Made by a program: the position numbers and the translations under genes
In this document: piece after piece, positions 1-9,298 of the stretch
Position numbering within the stretch: position 1 is the first letter of the stretch
How the letters are laid out: each line of letters begins with the position of its first letter
NCBI GenBank assembly: GCA_044449985.1
Contig: JBIOIQ010000002.1
Span: forward strand, 684-64,683
Reading direction: 5' to 3'
Origin: Candidatus Saccharimonadia bacterium
Lineage (GTDB): Bacteria > Patescibacteriota > Saccharimonadia > UBA4664 > JBIOIQ01
DNA: 64,000 nt
The notes under the pieces: generated by a model
Databases searched by the model: none
What the model saw: only the letters and a program-made list of their open reading frames with translations
Told to the model about the DNA's origin: nothing

Positions 1-1629
1 CTGATTAAAGACATTGCGGCGCTCCCACTAACTTTTATGCATCTGAGCTTTCCGATCACTTCCCCGTCATGGACCAGCGAAATCAACGGTGAATGGGATT
101 CAGGTTGGAATTTTCTTTATTACGCCGGAAATTCCCCAACGCAAATACTTTTTTACGCGAGACTGCCGATTCTTATTCTTTCGATCGTTTTTGCGGCCGT
201 CTTTTATGAACTTCTGCGGCGTAAATTCGGGATCGGGGTCGGACTCTTAGCCGTGTTCTTGTATACCTTAGAGCCAAACATCATGGCTCACTCTAGGCTA
301 GTTACGACCGATATCGGCGTAACGGCGCTGTGTTTTTTAGCGGTCTGGACGTTTGTTCTTTACCTCGAAAAACCGGATCTCATGCGTGGCGGGGTAGCAA
401 CGCTATGCCTGGCACTAGCGCAGCTGGCTAAATTCTCGGCGGTGGTGCTTGGACCGCTCTATATCTTCTTGGTACTCGTAGTGGTGGCCGGGTGGGGCGA
501 GCCGACCAAATGGTGGTCTCGGGCTAAAACCTACTTTTTAGGACTGCTAGGTATCGGAGTGGGCGCGTTGGTGCTGATATGGCTGTTTTATTTCCCCATG
601 ACCTTGCATATGCCCAACAGCGTCCAGAAAACGCTAGTCGCTAGTTCATTATGGCCTGGCTGGAAGATGAGCTTGGCGATTAAACTGGCCACTTATAACC
701 ATATTCCAGGGATGCGAGCATTGGTCCAGTACGTCTTAGGAGTGGCGATGGTGCTAGGTCGCGTAGCGGGTGGAAATACGACTTATTTACTAGGCCACGT
801 CACCAATCAGAGTTTTTGGTGGTATTTCCCGATCACTTACTTAATTAAAACTCCGGTAGCACTCCTTATAATGATAGTGATTGTGAGCGTGTATGGGGTG
901 CTAGATTATTTTCATCACGCTCCTAAACGGCTGTGGGAGAATTTTCGACGTTATTCAAAAGAGCGACCAATGCAGTTCGCGGCGCTTAGTTTTGTCGGAC
1001 TTTATAGTTTAGTGTCTATGACCGGAAATCTTAACCTAGGTATTCGCCATTTACTGCCTATGTTTCCCTTCATATTCCTGACAGTATCGATCGGAATGGT
1101 GGGGCTGTTGCGCCGCTACCCCAGATCCATCTTTCCCAGTATTGGACTGGGGCTGCTAATGCTATGGTATCTGGCGGCTAACCTTCTGATTTATCCGTCG
1201 TATATCGCTTATTTTAATGAGCTCATTGGTGGACCGAACAATGCGTATAAGTATGTGACAGATTCCAGCATTGATTGGGGTCAAGATTTAGCGCGCCTTC
1301 ATGATTATGTCGCTTCCAATCACATATCGCATATTGCGGTTGACTACTTCGGCGGTGGCCTCCCCCAGTATTATTTCTGCAGCGCAAACGTAGTCCCAAA
1401 GGGTAGCATTGTGAACGGTAACAGGGCCTATAACTGTAGCGGTTCCCCCTTCATTGAATGGCACTCTTCTTATGGTCTTTATCACGGCTATATGGCGGTA
1501 TCGGAAACGTATCTCGAAAATGATATCTATTACTCAGGGCTTCGAGGTGACTCTGGTTACGATCAACTGCGCAAGATGACCCCGATCGCAAAAATTGGCT
1601 ATTCAATTTATGTTTATAAACTCAACTAG
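1..1629 (+). CDS. GT-C fold PMT/ArnT-like lipid-carrier-dependent glycosyltransferase, 5' end cut by the window edge
   Basis: ORF 37..1629 (530 aa), and the same frame stays open back to nt 1. It has many hydrophobic helices. The region YARLPILILS...LYTLEPNIMAHSRLVTTD reads like PMT_2/ArnT-type enzymes, and a soluble C-terminal domain follows. Confidence 0.75.
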   Translation: MIKDIAALPLTFMHLSFPITSPSWTSEINGEWDSGWNFLYYAGNSPTQILFYARLPILILSIVFAAVFYELLRRKFGIGVGLLAVFLYTLEPNIMAHSRLVTTDIGVTALCFLAVWTFVLYLEKPDLMRGGVATLCLALAQLAKFSAVVLGPLYIFLVLVVVAGWGEPTKWWSRAKTYFLGLLGIGVGALVLIWLFYFPMTLHMPNSVQKTLVASSLWPGWKMSLAIKLATYNHIPGMRALVQYVLGVAMVLGRVAGGNTTYLLGHVTNQSFWWYFPITYLIKTPVALLIMIVIVSVYGVLDYFHHAPKRLWENFRRYSKERPMQFAALSFVGLYSLVSMTGNLNLGIRHLLPMFPFIFLTVSIGMVGLLRRYPRSIFPSIGLGLLMLWYLAANLLIYPSYIAYFNELIGGPNNAYKYVTDSSIDWGQDLARLHDYVASNHISHIAVDYFGGGLPQYYFCSANVVPKGSIVNGNRAYNCSGSPFIEWHSSYGLYHGYMAVSETYLENDIYYSGLRGDSGYDQLRKMTPIAKIGYSIYVYKLN

Positions 1630-2423
1630 CTTTTCGTAGGGTGATAGACGAAGCTGGGCATGCGGTAACCGCCGCGCAGCGAGCGCAAACGGATTCTCAA
1701 TAAATCCCTAACTGAGGCAATGGCTGCTTTTAAAGCTGAGTCACCGACCAGGCCGGTCGGTTTCGGGTCGTACCAGTCGTTTACGGGAAATGTTTCAATC
1801 TTGTAGCCGAGCTTACGGGCAATAAAGATGATTTCCATATCAAAAGCCCAACCGGTCAGGCTTTGACGGCCGAAAATTTCTATCGCCTCAGCTTCACCGA
1901 AGACTTTAAAGCCGCATTGAGTATCGGAAATACTGGGGGCGATCAGGAGTTTTGTGAGCAGATTGCCGAAACCGGAAATGAGTTTTCTGGCGCCATGGTG
2001 CGTGCGAGCGAGGTTTCTAACAGCAATCGTGACTTGACCACCTCGCGCCATAAATTGTGCAACTTCGTCAAGATGATTTAAGGGTGTTGCAAGGTCGCAG
2101 TCCATAAACAGGCGGTATTTGCCGTGTGCCTCAAACATTCCAACTCTCACCGCTCCCCCTTTACCGGCGCGAGTATGGAGATTGATGACTCGGTAGTTGG
2201 CGGCTGCCGGAAGAGTTTGCTTACCAGCTAGCTCAGCCAGATCACCACTCTGGGCAATTACTAGTACTTCGACTTCCCCGTAGTGGTGGCTCCCCAGCCA
2301 GCCATTTAAGCTAGCTATCGTAGCCGGTAAGATTTCAGCCTCATTATAGGCCGGGATGATGATCGATAGATCGATTCTCTTACTGCTGGGTTTGGTAGAC
2401 TGCAAAGGTTTGGGTATTATCAT
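1626..2423 (-). CDS. GT2 family polyprenyl-phosphate glycosyltransferase (GtrB/DPM1-like)
   Basis: 265 aa. It has the DLSIIIPAYNEAE N-terminal motif and a DCD acidic motif typical of GT2 enzymes. It is convergent with 1..1629 (4-nt overlap) and overlaps the upstream ORF by 44 nt. Confidence 0.85.
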   Translation of the reverse strand: MIIPKPLQSTKPSSKRIDLSIIIPAYNEAEILPATIASLNGWLGSHHYGEVEVLVIAQSGDLAELAGKQTLPAAANYRVINLHTRAGKGGAVRVGMFEAHGKYRLFMDCDLATPLNHLDEVAQFMARGGQVTIAVRNLARTHHGARKLISGFGNLLTKLLIAPSISDTQCGFKVFGEAEAIEIFGRQSLTGWAFDMEIIFIARKLGYKIETFPVNDWYDPKPTGLVGDSALKAAIASVRDLLRIRLRSLRGGYRMPSFVYHPTKS

Positions 2424-3903
2424 TTAGCTCGGAGTAATGCTGAGACAGGCGTGCTTTAGGGAAGCGACTTTTGAGATCTCCAATAATACCGGAGGTTTCG
2501 GTTGGAATAAAGATGATTTGTTTTTGGGGACTTCCGATTGGGAGTTTAGATATATCGGCCATCGGTAGATCGGTAATCTCGGCTCTCTTAAAGCTTAAGA
2601 AATCGATTATTTGGGCACTGGTACCGGTACTTACCACATAACGTTGCCCGCCGAATGAAGTTCGATTTAAGTACCCTGCCAGTTCGCGGGCGTTGTTATC
2701 GAAACTATCGGCCAGATCTGGTGAATTTGCCCAAGCGACGAAATATTGCTGATACCCTTGATAAATCCCCATGAGCAGTAGCACTACGATCGGCACGGTC
2801 CCGAGTGTTCGGGCGGCTGAATTAATCGGAAAAGTGGAAAACCAAATTTCTAGCATATAGTTAATACCGACGGCGGCGAGGATAAAGACAATGGGTGCGA
2901 GTACAATCGAGCTTTCTGAACTCGGTGCTACTTGCGAGCTGGCGACGACCGGGATTAAGAGTACACAAAAGAGAATAAGTAGTGTTCGGTAGCGAGCTTT
3001 TTCAAAGCGCATGCCACAGACCAAAACGCCTACTATAAACATCAGCCCAACGAATAAATTAAGCTCCGGAGTCCCCGGGATATTGTAAAGATAATTATCG
3101 TCGCCGTGCAGCACAAACCCGGTCAGCGTATCGGCCGTTCTAGTGGCAATATCATGAGCATTCACATTACTCAGGGTAAGTTTTGGCGGATGGGCCGAAA
3201 AGCGCCAGATAGCGAGCGGCAAGCCGAGAATTACAATGAGCGCAAACATTATGAGATGAGCACGCTCGAGCAGCTGGTTCTTTTGGGCCAAGGTATACAG
3301 TAGCGTTGCGCAGCTAAGGAGCAGTCCGAAGGCCAGCCAGAGTCCGGAGATGGCCGAGAATGAGCCGCCAATAATCAGTCCGGCGAAGATAAACCAACCG
3401 ATCTCGCGCTGGCGAAAGGCAATAATTAATGCGCTCAAGACGAGCGGAACGATAATTATCGGTAAAATTGCGGCGGTACCAAAGCGCGAAAATCCGACTG
3501 TCCATGGCGTTGTGGCGGCAAATAAGCTGGCGAGTACCCCAACTCGTTGGTCATACCACAGTGTACCTAAGACATACATGAGCGCAACACCAAAGAGTCC
3601 GATTAAGGCGGCGGGGAGCCTCAGCGCAAACAACGTCGGGCCAAAGATCTTGACACTCAAAAGTTGCATCACTGAAAATACTGCTCCGGCGCTTCCGTTA
3701 TGCAGAAGAGTTGTGTATTTGGCGCTGTGACGCAAAATTCCTAATATAAGCGTTGCATTCGAGGCTTCAGCTGGCGATAGTCCCGGCGGAAGAGTATTAA
3801 GGTTGTTTAAGAAAAAATAGGCGGCCACAATTAGGATCAGATAGAATCCTAGCGAAAAGCGGTTGTCGTAGATTCGTTTTAAGGTGTCAACTTTTTTACT
3901 CAT
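2380..3903 (-). CDS. GT-C fold ArnT/PMT_2-like membrane glycosyltransferase
   Basis: 507 aa with more than 10 hydrophobic helices and an N-terminal architecture like 4-amino-arabinose/mannosyl transferases. It is the second GT-C paralogue in this cluster. Confidence 0.72.
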   Translation of the reverse strand: MSKKVDTLKRIYDNRFSLGFYLILIVAAYFFLNNLNTLPPGLSPAEASNATLILGILRHSAKYTTLLHNGSAGAVFSVMQLLSVKIFGPTLFALRLPAALIGLFGVALMYVLGTLWYDQRVGVLASLFAATTPWTVGFSRFGTAAILPIIIVPLVLSALIIAFRQREIGWFIFAGLIIGGSFSAISGLWLAFGLLLSCATLLYTLAQKNQLLERAHLIMFALIVILGLPLAIWRFSAHPPKLTLSNVNAHDIATRTADTLTGFVLHGDDNYLYNIPGTPELNLFVGLMFIVGVLVCGMRFEKARYRTLLILFCVLLIPVVASSQVAPSSESSIVLAPIVFILAAVGINYMLEIWFSTFPINSAARTLGTVPIVVLLLMGIYQGYQQYFVAWANSPDLADSFDNNARELAGYLNRTSFGGQRYVVSTGTSAQIIDFLSFKRAEITDLPMADISKLPIGSPQKQIIFIPTETSGIIGDLKSRFPKARLSQHYSELNDNTQTFAVYQTQQ

Positions 3904-4376
3904 GTTCGAAATACCACTTTCTTATAAAGTATAAAATTCCAGGAGAGCGATACAACGGTCGCAGCCAGTTTGGCAGTATTTTTCGACACAAAATCAGTGC
4001 TCAAGTAGTGGTCTAAGTGCAAATATTTACTAAGTTTGTTCACAATCGCGGCTGGTTGTTTATAACGACTACTTAGAAGATAAATCACAATATTTTGCAG
4101 TACATAAACTCCAAAAGCGGTCACGAGATAAAAACCGATGATTTGAACCCAGAGGTTGCCACCATTTGAGCCAAAAACGAGATGTTTATTTGCAAAAAAA
4201 CTAAAGATCATAGCGATGGTGGTCGAAATAAAATTCGCCGAGATTCTCCCTAAATGAAACGTTTTCGTCGTGAGCACATTGTAAATGAAAAAGTCTATGG
4301 CAGTGTTGATAGCGCCAACCGAAACAAATTTAGCGAGCGTGCCAGCGAGCAAGACTAATACTCCGTTACGATTCAA
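3900..4376 (-). CDS. GtrA family membrane protein (putative lipid-linked sugar translocase)
   Basis: 158 aa with 4 hydrophobic helices and the motifs SVGAINTAIDFFIYN and FFANKHLVF typical of the GtrA family. It overlaps the downstream GT-C gene by 4 nt. Confidence 0.8.
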   Translation of the reverse strand: MNRNGVLVLLAGTLAKFVSVGAINTAIDFFIYNVLTTKTFHLGRISANFISTTIAMIFSFFANKHLVFGSNGGNLWVQIIGFYLVTAFGVYVLQNIVIYLLSSRYKQPAAIVNKLSKYLHLDHYLSTDFVSKNTAKLAATVVSLSWNFILYKKVVFRT

Positions 4377-4437
4377 GTATAAGCATAAGCAACAAACCTA
4401 CCTATGTAAAGCAATCTGGATCGTTATGCTCTTAGCT

Positions 4438-5814
4438 TTATTCCACAAAAGTTGGCGTAGCTTGGGCATCGAGGTTGCGAAACGTCAAAAGTTCCGGGTG
4501 GAAATAAAGCTCGGTTTGACCGGTGGGACCATTACGATGCTTACGGATCAAGATATCGGCAATATGTTGGCGATCAGTTTCTGGGTTGTAGTAGTCTTCA
4601 CGGTAGATAAACATTACTACATCAGCGTCTTGTTCGATTGAACCGGACTCGCGTAGATCAGACAGCTGGGGAACTTGGGGAGACCTGCTTTCAACCGAAC
4701 GTGAGAGCTGTGAAAGCGCGATAACCGGCACATTCAGCTCTCGAGCAAGGCCTTTTAAACTTCTTGAGATTTCCGAAACTTCTTGAACGCGGTTATCTGA
4801 GCGCGAGTTTCGTCCGCTCATAAGTTGAAGGTAATCGATGACGATCAGGCCCAAATCGTGTTCAGATTGTAGTCGTCTGGCTTTCGTACGCATTTCCATG
4901 ACATTGGTCATGGCTTGATCATCAATATAGATCGGGGCGTCAGAAAGTACCGCCATGGCATGATTTATTTTTGGGAAATCACTATCTTCCAGTTGTCCGG
5001 TGCGCAACTTCCAACTATCGACTCCAGATTCACCGGCCAGCAAGCGATCAATTAGTTGCTCTTTACTCATCTCGAGTGAAAAAATGCCGACGGGGATGCC
5101 TTCTTTGACGGCAACATGCTGGGCGATATTGAGCGCCAGGGTTGTTTTACCCATACTCGGACGAGCAGCCAAAATTATTAGATCGGATTTTTGCAGTCCT
5201 GCCAGTGTGTGATCGAGTGCCCGAAAGCCGGTAGGGATACCACGTAATTTATTATTGTCCTTATGCAGCTCGTCTAAGCGGTCAAAACTTTCAATCAGGA
5301 TTGAGCTGATAGGAATGAAATTCTGTTTGAGGTTTTGTTGAGAGACTTCAAACAAAGTTTTTTCGGCTTCGTCGAGCAGACCGTCCAAAGGACTATTCTC
5401 ATCGTAACCCATGTCAGTAATTTTTTGGGCGGCGGATATAAGCCTGCGCAGAGTCGATTTGTGAGCGACAATACCGGCGTAATGTACGACATGTGCGGCA
5501 GTTGGTACTCCGTCAACCAGCTCAGTTAGATAAGCCGCGCCACCTAATTTTTCAAGTTCGCCGGCACCTTCGAGCTTATTTGCTAGCGTCAGAAGATCAA
5601 TTGGTTGACGATTCTCATACAAATCAATCATAGCGCTGAAGATGAGCCCATGTTTAGATATATAAAAGTCATCCGCCACCACCATATCGGCGATTTTTAT
5701 AATGGCCTCATTATCGACCAAAATTGAACCAAGCAGACTGGCTTCCGCTTCGGTGTTTTGCGGAGGCAGTTTGGAGGTTAAATCCCCTTTGATTGTTTGT
5801 CCGGCTGATTCCAT
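4438..5814 (-). CDS. dnaB: replicative DNA helicase DnaB
   Basis: 458 aa with the N-terminal PPQNTEAEASLLGSIL motif, the Walker A ARPSMGKTT and the IVIDYLQLM motif. There is a TAATG overlap with the dnaX stop. Confidence 0.96.
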   Translation of the reverse strand: MESAGQTIKGDLTSKLPPQNTEAEASLLGSILVDNEAIIKIADMVVADDFYISKHGLIFSAMIDLYENRQPIDLLTLANKLEGAGELEKLGGAAYLTELVDGVPTAAHVVHYAGIVAHKSTLRRLISAAQKITDMGYDENSPLDGLLDEAEKTLFEVSQQNLKQNFIPISSILIESFDRLDELHKDNNKLRGIPTGFRALDHTLAGLQKSDLIILAARPSMGKTTLALNIAQHVAVKEGIPVGIFSLEMSKEQLIDRLLAGESGVDSWKLRTGQLEDSDFPKINHAMAVLSDAPIYIDDQAMTNVMEMRTKARRLQSEHDLGLIVIDYLQLMSGRNSRSDNRVQEVSEISRSLKGLARELNVPVIALSQLSRSVESRSPQVPQLSDLRESGSIEQDADVVMFIYREDYYNPETDRQHIADILIRKHRNGPTGQTELYFHPELLTFRNLDAQATPTFVE

Positions 5815-7295
5815 TATTCTACGATTTCCCCGCCTAATATTTCGAGTGCTGAGCTCACAAGTTCGTCGCCCGGATTGATGCTCGGGCTGGTTTTTTTGGC
5901 TGCCAGAGAGGTCACAAGTGCAATCGAATGGCCATAGGTTTTTTCTAAGGCACTTTCGATTATCTCACGATTCTTTGGTTCTTTGAGTCGATCGAGGTGA
6001 AAACTAAATGGGCTGGTGATAATAATGTTCTTACCGGTAATTTCTATCTGGCATGATCCTAATATCGCATGGAGGGAGTTATTTTTGGCCTTAATTAGAA
6101 TCAGCGTTTTTGGCCATAGCTCAGTCGGGGTGAACGTTGGCGAATCTGACAGTTCTGGTGGCTGTGCTTCGTTAGTTTCTTCGGCTCGGGGCTGCTCCGC
6201 CGGAGCAGTCGGAGTTTGCGATTGGGCAAGTGTAGTTTCAGTTGGTTGAGCGCGAGTTTTCGCTGGCAGCGTAGGTAGAGACAGCCGAACAATAGTAGTC
6301 TCTAGCGTAAGATCTGGCATGGCGGAAAGAGGCACCTGACATAAAGCGTCAATTATCTCAGCTAGTTCAATTTCACTAAGTTTGTGGATGTCGGCTTTAT
6401 TTTGAAGCTTATCCAGTAGCAAATCCCTAAAGTAGTTAATAAGCTGCAGGGTTAACTGGGACGATGAAATTCCTTGGGCGTCGAGAGTATCGATCGTATC
6501 AAGGGCGAGTTTGGGATTATGTCCTGCGATGGCTCTCGTTATTGAGGCGAGCGCTTCTATCGGACTTAAGCCCAGCAGTTCACGAACTGCCGCTTCGGTA
6601 ATCAATTTATGCTCCGTGTTTGCGACTTGGTCAAGCATGCTGATCGCGTCTCGAAAACCGCCTCGACTGGTAGTAGCAATAAGCTTAATTGCCTCTGGTT
6701 CGATCGAAATCTTTTCCGTTTCAGCAATTTTCCTCAAGCGAGCGGTCAAATTCTCCATACTAATTGCATTAAAACTAAAGCGTTGTGTACGCGAAATGAT
6801 TGTTTCGGGGAGTTTGTGAGCTTCAGTAGTGGCAAGTATAAAAATGGCATGCGGTGGCGGCTCTTCTAAAGTCTTAAGCAGCGCATTAAACGCCTCGGTC
6901 GTGAGCATATGGACTTCATCGATAATATAGACTTTGTAACGACTTCTGGCCGGTGCAAGATTGATTTTGTCGCGCAAATCCCTCATTTCATCGATTTTAC
7001 GGTTACTGGCAGCGTCGATCTCGATAATATCAAAATTACTTCCGAGCGGTATCTGACAGATTTCGCAGCTGCCGCAAGGTCTTTTCGCTGGATTCTCCTC
7101 TAAGCAATTGACGGCTCTTGCGAGTAGTCTCGCCACTGATGTTTTGCCGACGCCCCTGGGGCCGGTTAACAAATAAGCATGGCTAATACGGCCCTTCGCT
7201 AAGGCTGATTTAAGGGTTTTGACCACATGGTCTTGGCCGATTAAATCATCAAATGAAGCCGATCGATATTTTCGATACAAGGCGAGCTCGGACAT
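5814..7295 (-). CDS. dnaX: DNA polymerase III subunit gamma/tau
   Basis: 493 aa with GPRGVGKTS (Walker A), a CGSCEIC zinc module, IIDEVHML and the SRTQRF sensor motif. Confidence 0.94.
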   Translation of the reverse strand: MSELALYRKYRSASFDDLIGQDHVVKTLKSALAKGRISHAYLLTGPRGVGKTSVARLLARAVNCLEENPAKRPCGSCEICQIPLGSNFDIIEIDAASNRKIDEMRDLRDKINLAPARSRYKVYIIDEVHMLTTEAFNALLKTLEEPPPHAIFILATTEAHKLPETIISRTQRFSFNAISMENLTARLRKIAETEKISIEPEAIKLIATTSRGGFRDAISMLDQVANTEHKLITEAAVRELLGLSPIEALASITRAIAGHNPKLALDTIDTLDAQGISSSQLTLQLINYFRDLLLDKLQNKADIHKLSEIELAEIIDALCQVPLSAMPDLTLETTIVRLSLPTLPAKTRAQPTETTLAQSQTPTAPAEQPRAEETNEAQPPELSDSPTFTPTELWPKTLILIKAKNNSLHAILGSCQIEITGKNIIITSPFSFHLDRLKEPKNREIIESALEKTYGHSIALVTSLAAKKTSPSINPGDELVSSALEILGGEIVE

Positions 7296-7327
7296 TTACC
7301 CTCACGGTTTTACTTACGGTAGTTGTA

Positions 7328-7356
7328 ATTATATCTGCCTGCAAAGTGATAAGCAA
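7328..7356 (-). promoter_or_regulatory. putative sigma70-type promoter for dnaX (TTGCTT-N17-TATAAT)
   Basis: The minus strand reads TTGCTTatcactttgcaggcagaTATAAT, about 30 nt upstream of a GAGGG Shine-Dalgarno and the ATG at 7295. Confidence 0.4.
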
Positions 7357-7423
7357 AGCTAAAGTAGCATTAGCCATACAGGTTTGCGAGGTTTAGAGCA
7401 TGGTTTATATCAGACGAAGAAAT

Positions 7424-7936
7424 TTAGCCAATAACGGCTTCAACAGCTGCCCATTCCGGGCTACCCTCTTCAGGGATCACGATAGTGATTTGATCACCTG
7501 GTTGGGCTTTAAAATAGGTGACAGAGGCAAATAAAACTCGGTAGTCTCGCCCGCCTGCTTCAACAAAGTATTGCCCATCTTTTAAGCTGAGCGTGCCGAT
7601 AAGTTTTTTGCGTTCGGCAGGACCAATTTGTTTGTAAATAAATGAGCCGTCTTCGCCAATTGTAAGTTTTAAGGTGTCACCTTGGACCAGCTTAGATTTA
7701 GAAGCATAATTCGCCGGAACCGGGTAAACCTTACCATCGGGTCCAACCATGTTTTGGCCGTCAAACATGCCTTCGATAATCTTTCCGGTAGCAATTTCGG
7801 TTGGAATAACGGTATTGGGAACTTCTGTATCACCAACGAGACTGGCCAATAACTCTTTTGCGCCAGCCAAATTAGTCTCAGCTGTTTCAATGAGTTTCTT
7901 TAGTGTTTTTAATTGTTTCTCAGCTAATTCTGCCAC
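7424..7936 (-). CDS. hypothetical protein: N-terminal coiled coil plus two tandem ~40-aa beta-rich repeats
   Basis: 170 aa. GTG start preceded by AAAGGAG. Internal repeat DGQ..V...G(K/R).Y.V........K...GD.(L/I).(L/I).I.E(D/E)GS. I recognise no family. Confidence 0.6.
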   Translation of the reverse strand: MAELAEKQLKTLKKLIETAETNLAGAKELLASLVGDTEVPNTVIPTEIATGKIIEGMFDGQNMVGPDGKVYPVPANYASKSKLVQGDTLKLTIGEDGSFIYKQIGPAERKKLIGTLSLKDGQYFVEAGGRDYRVLFASVTYFKAQPGDQITIVIPEEGSPEWAAVEAVIG

Positions 7937-8015
7937 AATAACTCCTTTGTGTTTTTTAGAGAGTGATCAACTACAATATTGAAATACCTCTGTCGGTAAA
8001 ATCTGTCTGCCTTTA

Positions 8016-8044
8016 TATGTATCATTTTGTGATTAATAAGTCAA
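8016..8044 (-). promoter_or_regulatory. putative promoter for the 7424..7936 gene (TTGACT-N17-TACATA)
   Basis: The minus strand reads TTGACTtattaatcacaaaatgaTACATA immediately after the rplL terminator. Confidence 0.3.
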
Positions 8045-8078
8045 AAAATACGAGATCCCAGATGAGGTGATCTCGTAT
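8042..8078 (-). terminator. rho-independent terminator downstream of rplL
   Basis: A perfect 10-bp stem (ATACGAGATC / GATCTCGTAT) with an 11-nt loop, followed on the minus strand by TTTTTT. Confidence 0.75.
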
Positions 8079-8101
8079 TTCGGGCGAACGCTGAAAAAAA
8101 G

Positions 8102-8542
8102 TTACTGAAGTTCGACCGTTGCACCGGCTGCTTCGAGGGCTTTTTTGGCTTCCTCGGCTTCGGCTTTGGCAACATTTTCCTTGACGGTCTTAGGTGCACC
8201 ATCAACGAGAGCCTTACTCTCAGCCAGTCCGAGTCCGGTAATTTCACGGACGGCCTTGATGACATTAATCTTTTGATCGCCAGAAGCACTTAAGACTATA
8301 GTATAGGCTGATTTCTCGGCTTCAGCTGCAGGAGCATCGGAGCCACCGGCTGCCGGAGCGGCTGCCATTGCCATTGGGGCAGCAGCGGAAACACCGAAGT
8401 GTTTCTCGAGTATTTTTACTAGTTCAGATAGCTCAAGCACGCTTAAACTTTCGATTGATTTGACTAAATCCTTGAATTTAGCTGGAATTTCGACTTTTTC
8501 TTCGGTTTCTTTGACTACTTCTTTTACTTCTTCATCTGCCAT
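8102..8542 (-). CDS. rplL: 50S ribosomal protein L7/L12 with a ~17-aa acidic N-terminal extension
   Basis: 146 aa with [19 protein letters not shown], an Ala-rich hinge and the C-terminal domain [27 protein letters not shown]. Confidence 0.96.
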   Translation of the reverse strand: MADEEVKEVVKETEEKVEIPAKFKDLVKSIESLSVLELSELVKILEKHFGVSAAAPMAMAAAPAAGGSDAPAAEAEKSAYTIVLSASGDQKINVIKAVREITGLGLAESKALVDGAPKTVKENVAKAEAEEAKKALEAAGATVELQ

Positions 8543-8570
8543 TTGAATTCTCCTTCTTGACTACGGTGCG

Positions 8571-9101
8571 TTATGCAGATTGCTCTGCAACCGCGTTTAA
8601 TACATTGATAATTGAACGAACGTTTCCGGACAAGACACCCACAAAGCTCGATAGTGGTGCGGCAATAGTCCCGACTAATTGAGCGAGTAATTGTTCTTTG
8701 GTTGGAAGTTGCGCAAGCGCCACCACTTGCTCAGCACTCAGTAGTTGACCATCTCCGGTTATTGCTCCCACTATTTCTAGGGCATCGTGGGTTTTTGCGT
8801 ACTGGAAAATTACCCGAGCTGGGGCGACTTCGTCATCGAATCCCATGGCGAGTGCCATCGGACCTGCGAAATCTTTAGGATCCAAATCTTTAAAATTCGC
8901 AGTACCGGCGGCTGCGATTTTGAGCAGGGTATTTTTTGTTACCCTATAACTCATATTCTCAGCTCGTAAATTGGACCTCAACTGCTCGACTTCCGCAACA
9001 GTTAAGCCGCGGTAGTCGGTCAGAACAGCCAATTTGATGCGACCTAGCTCATCTTTAAGCTTCTCTACTGCTTCGACTTTTGCTTGGCGGGTTATTGCCA
9101 T
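8571..9101 (-). CDS. rplJ: 50S ribosomal protein L10
   Basis: 176 aa. The MAITRQAKVEAVEKL...LTDYRGLTVAEVEQLR pattern is typical of L10, and the gene sits directly upstream of rplL. Confidence 0.95.
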   Translation of the reverse strand: MAITRQAKVEAVEKLKDELGRIKLAVLTDYRGLTVAEVEQLRSNLRAENMSYRVTKNTLLKIAAAGTANFKDLDPKDFAGPMALAMGFDDEVAPARVIFQYAKTHDALEIVGAITGDGQLLSAEQVVALAQLPTKEQLLAQLVGTIAAPLSSFVGVLSGNVRSIINVLNAVAEQSA

Positions 9102-9275
9102 AACGGGACCTCCAACTAAAAAAATCTTCGGTGATCACTTCCGAAGACGATGAGTAACTTTTTTGCTGCTTAAATGCTATGGACAAAACCAAGGCTTCTT
9201 AGCGTTGTTACCTATCGTAGCAAATTAAGCCTTTGATATTTTCGGCAGCTACGGTCTTTGGTGATCACTTAAGAT
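9102..9275 (-). promoter_or_regulatory. putative rplJ (L10) leader with an attenuator
   Basis: A ~170-nt 5' region. The near-identical 16-mer AAGUGAUCACC(A/G)AAGA occurs twice (9270..9255 and 9140..9125). An internal helix forms between AAGGCTT and AAGCCTT. A terminator hairpin lies just before the SD GGAGG. Confidence 0.5.
9118..9147 (-). terminator. intrinsic terminator/attenuator inside the rplJ leader
   Basis: The minus-strand RNA reads UCUUCGG-AAGUGAUCA-CCGAAGA followed by UUUUUUU, ending about 17 nt before the rplJ ATG. Confidence 0.55.
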
Positions 9276-9298
9276 TTTATGATATTTTAGCTCGACTG

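Noticed and set aside
7296-7423. I looked for an SRP RNA (ffs), which often lies just upstream of dnaX.
   Set aside because: The 128-nt interval contains a promoter-like TTGCTT-N17-TATAAT and an SD, but not the conserved SRP domain IV helix or motifs that I would expect.
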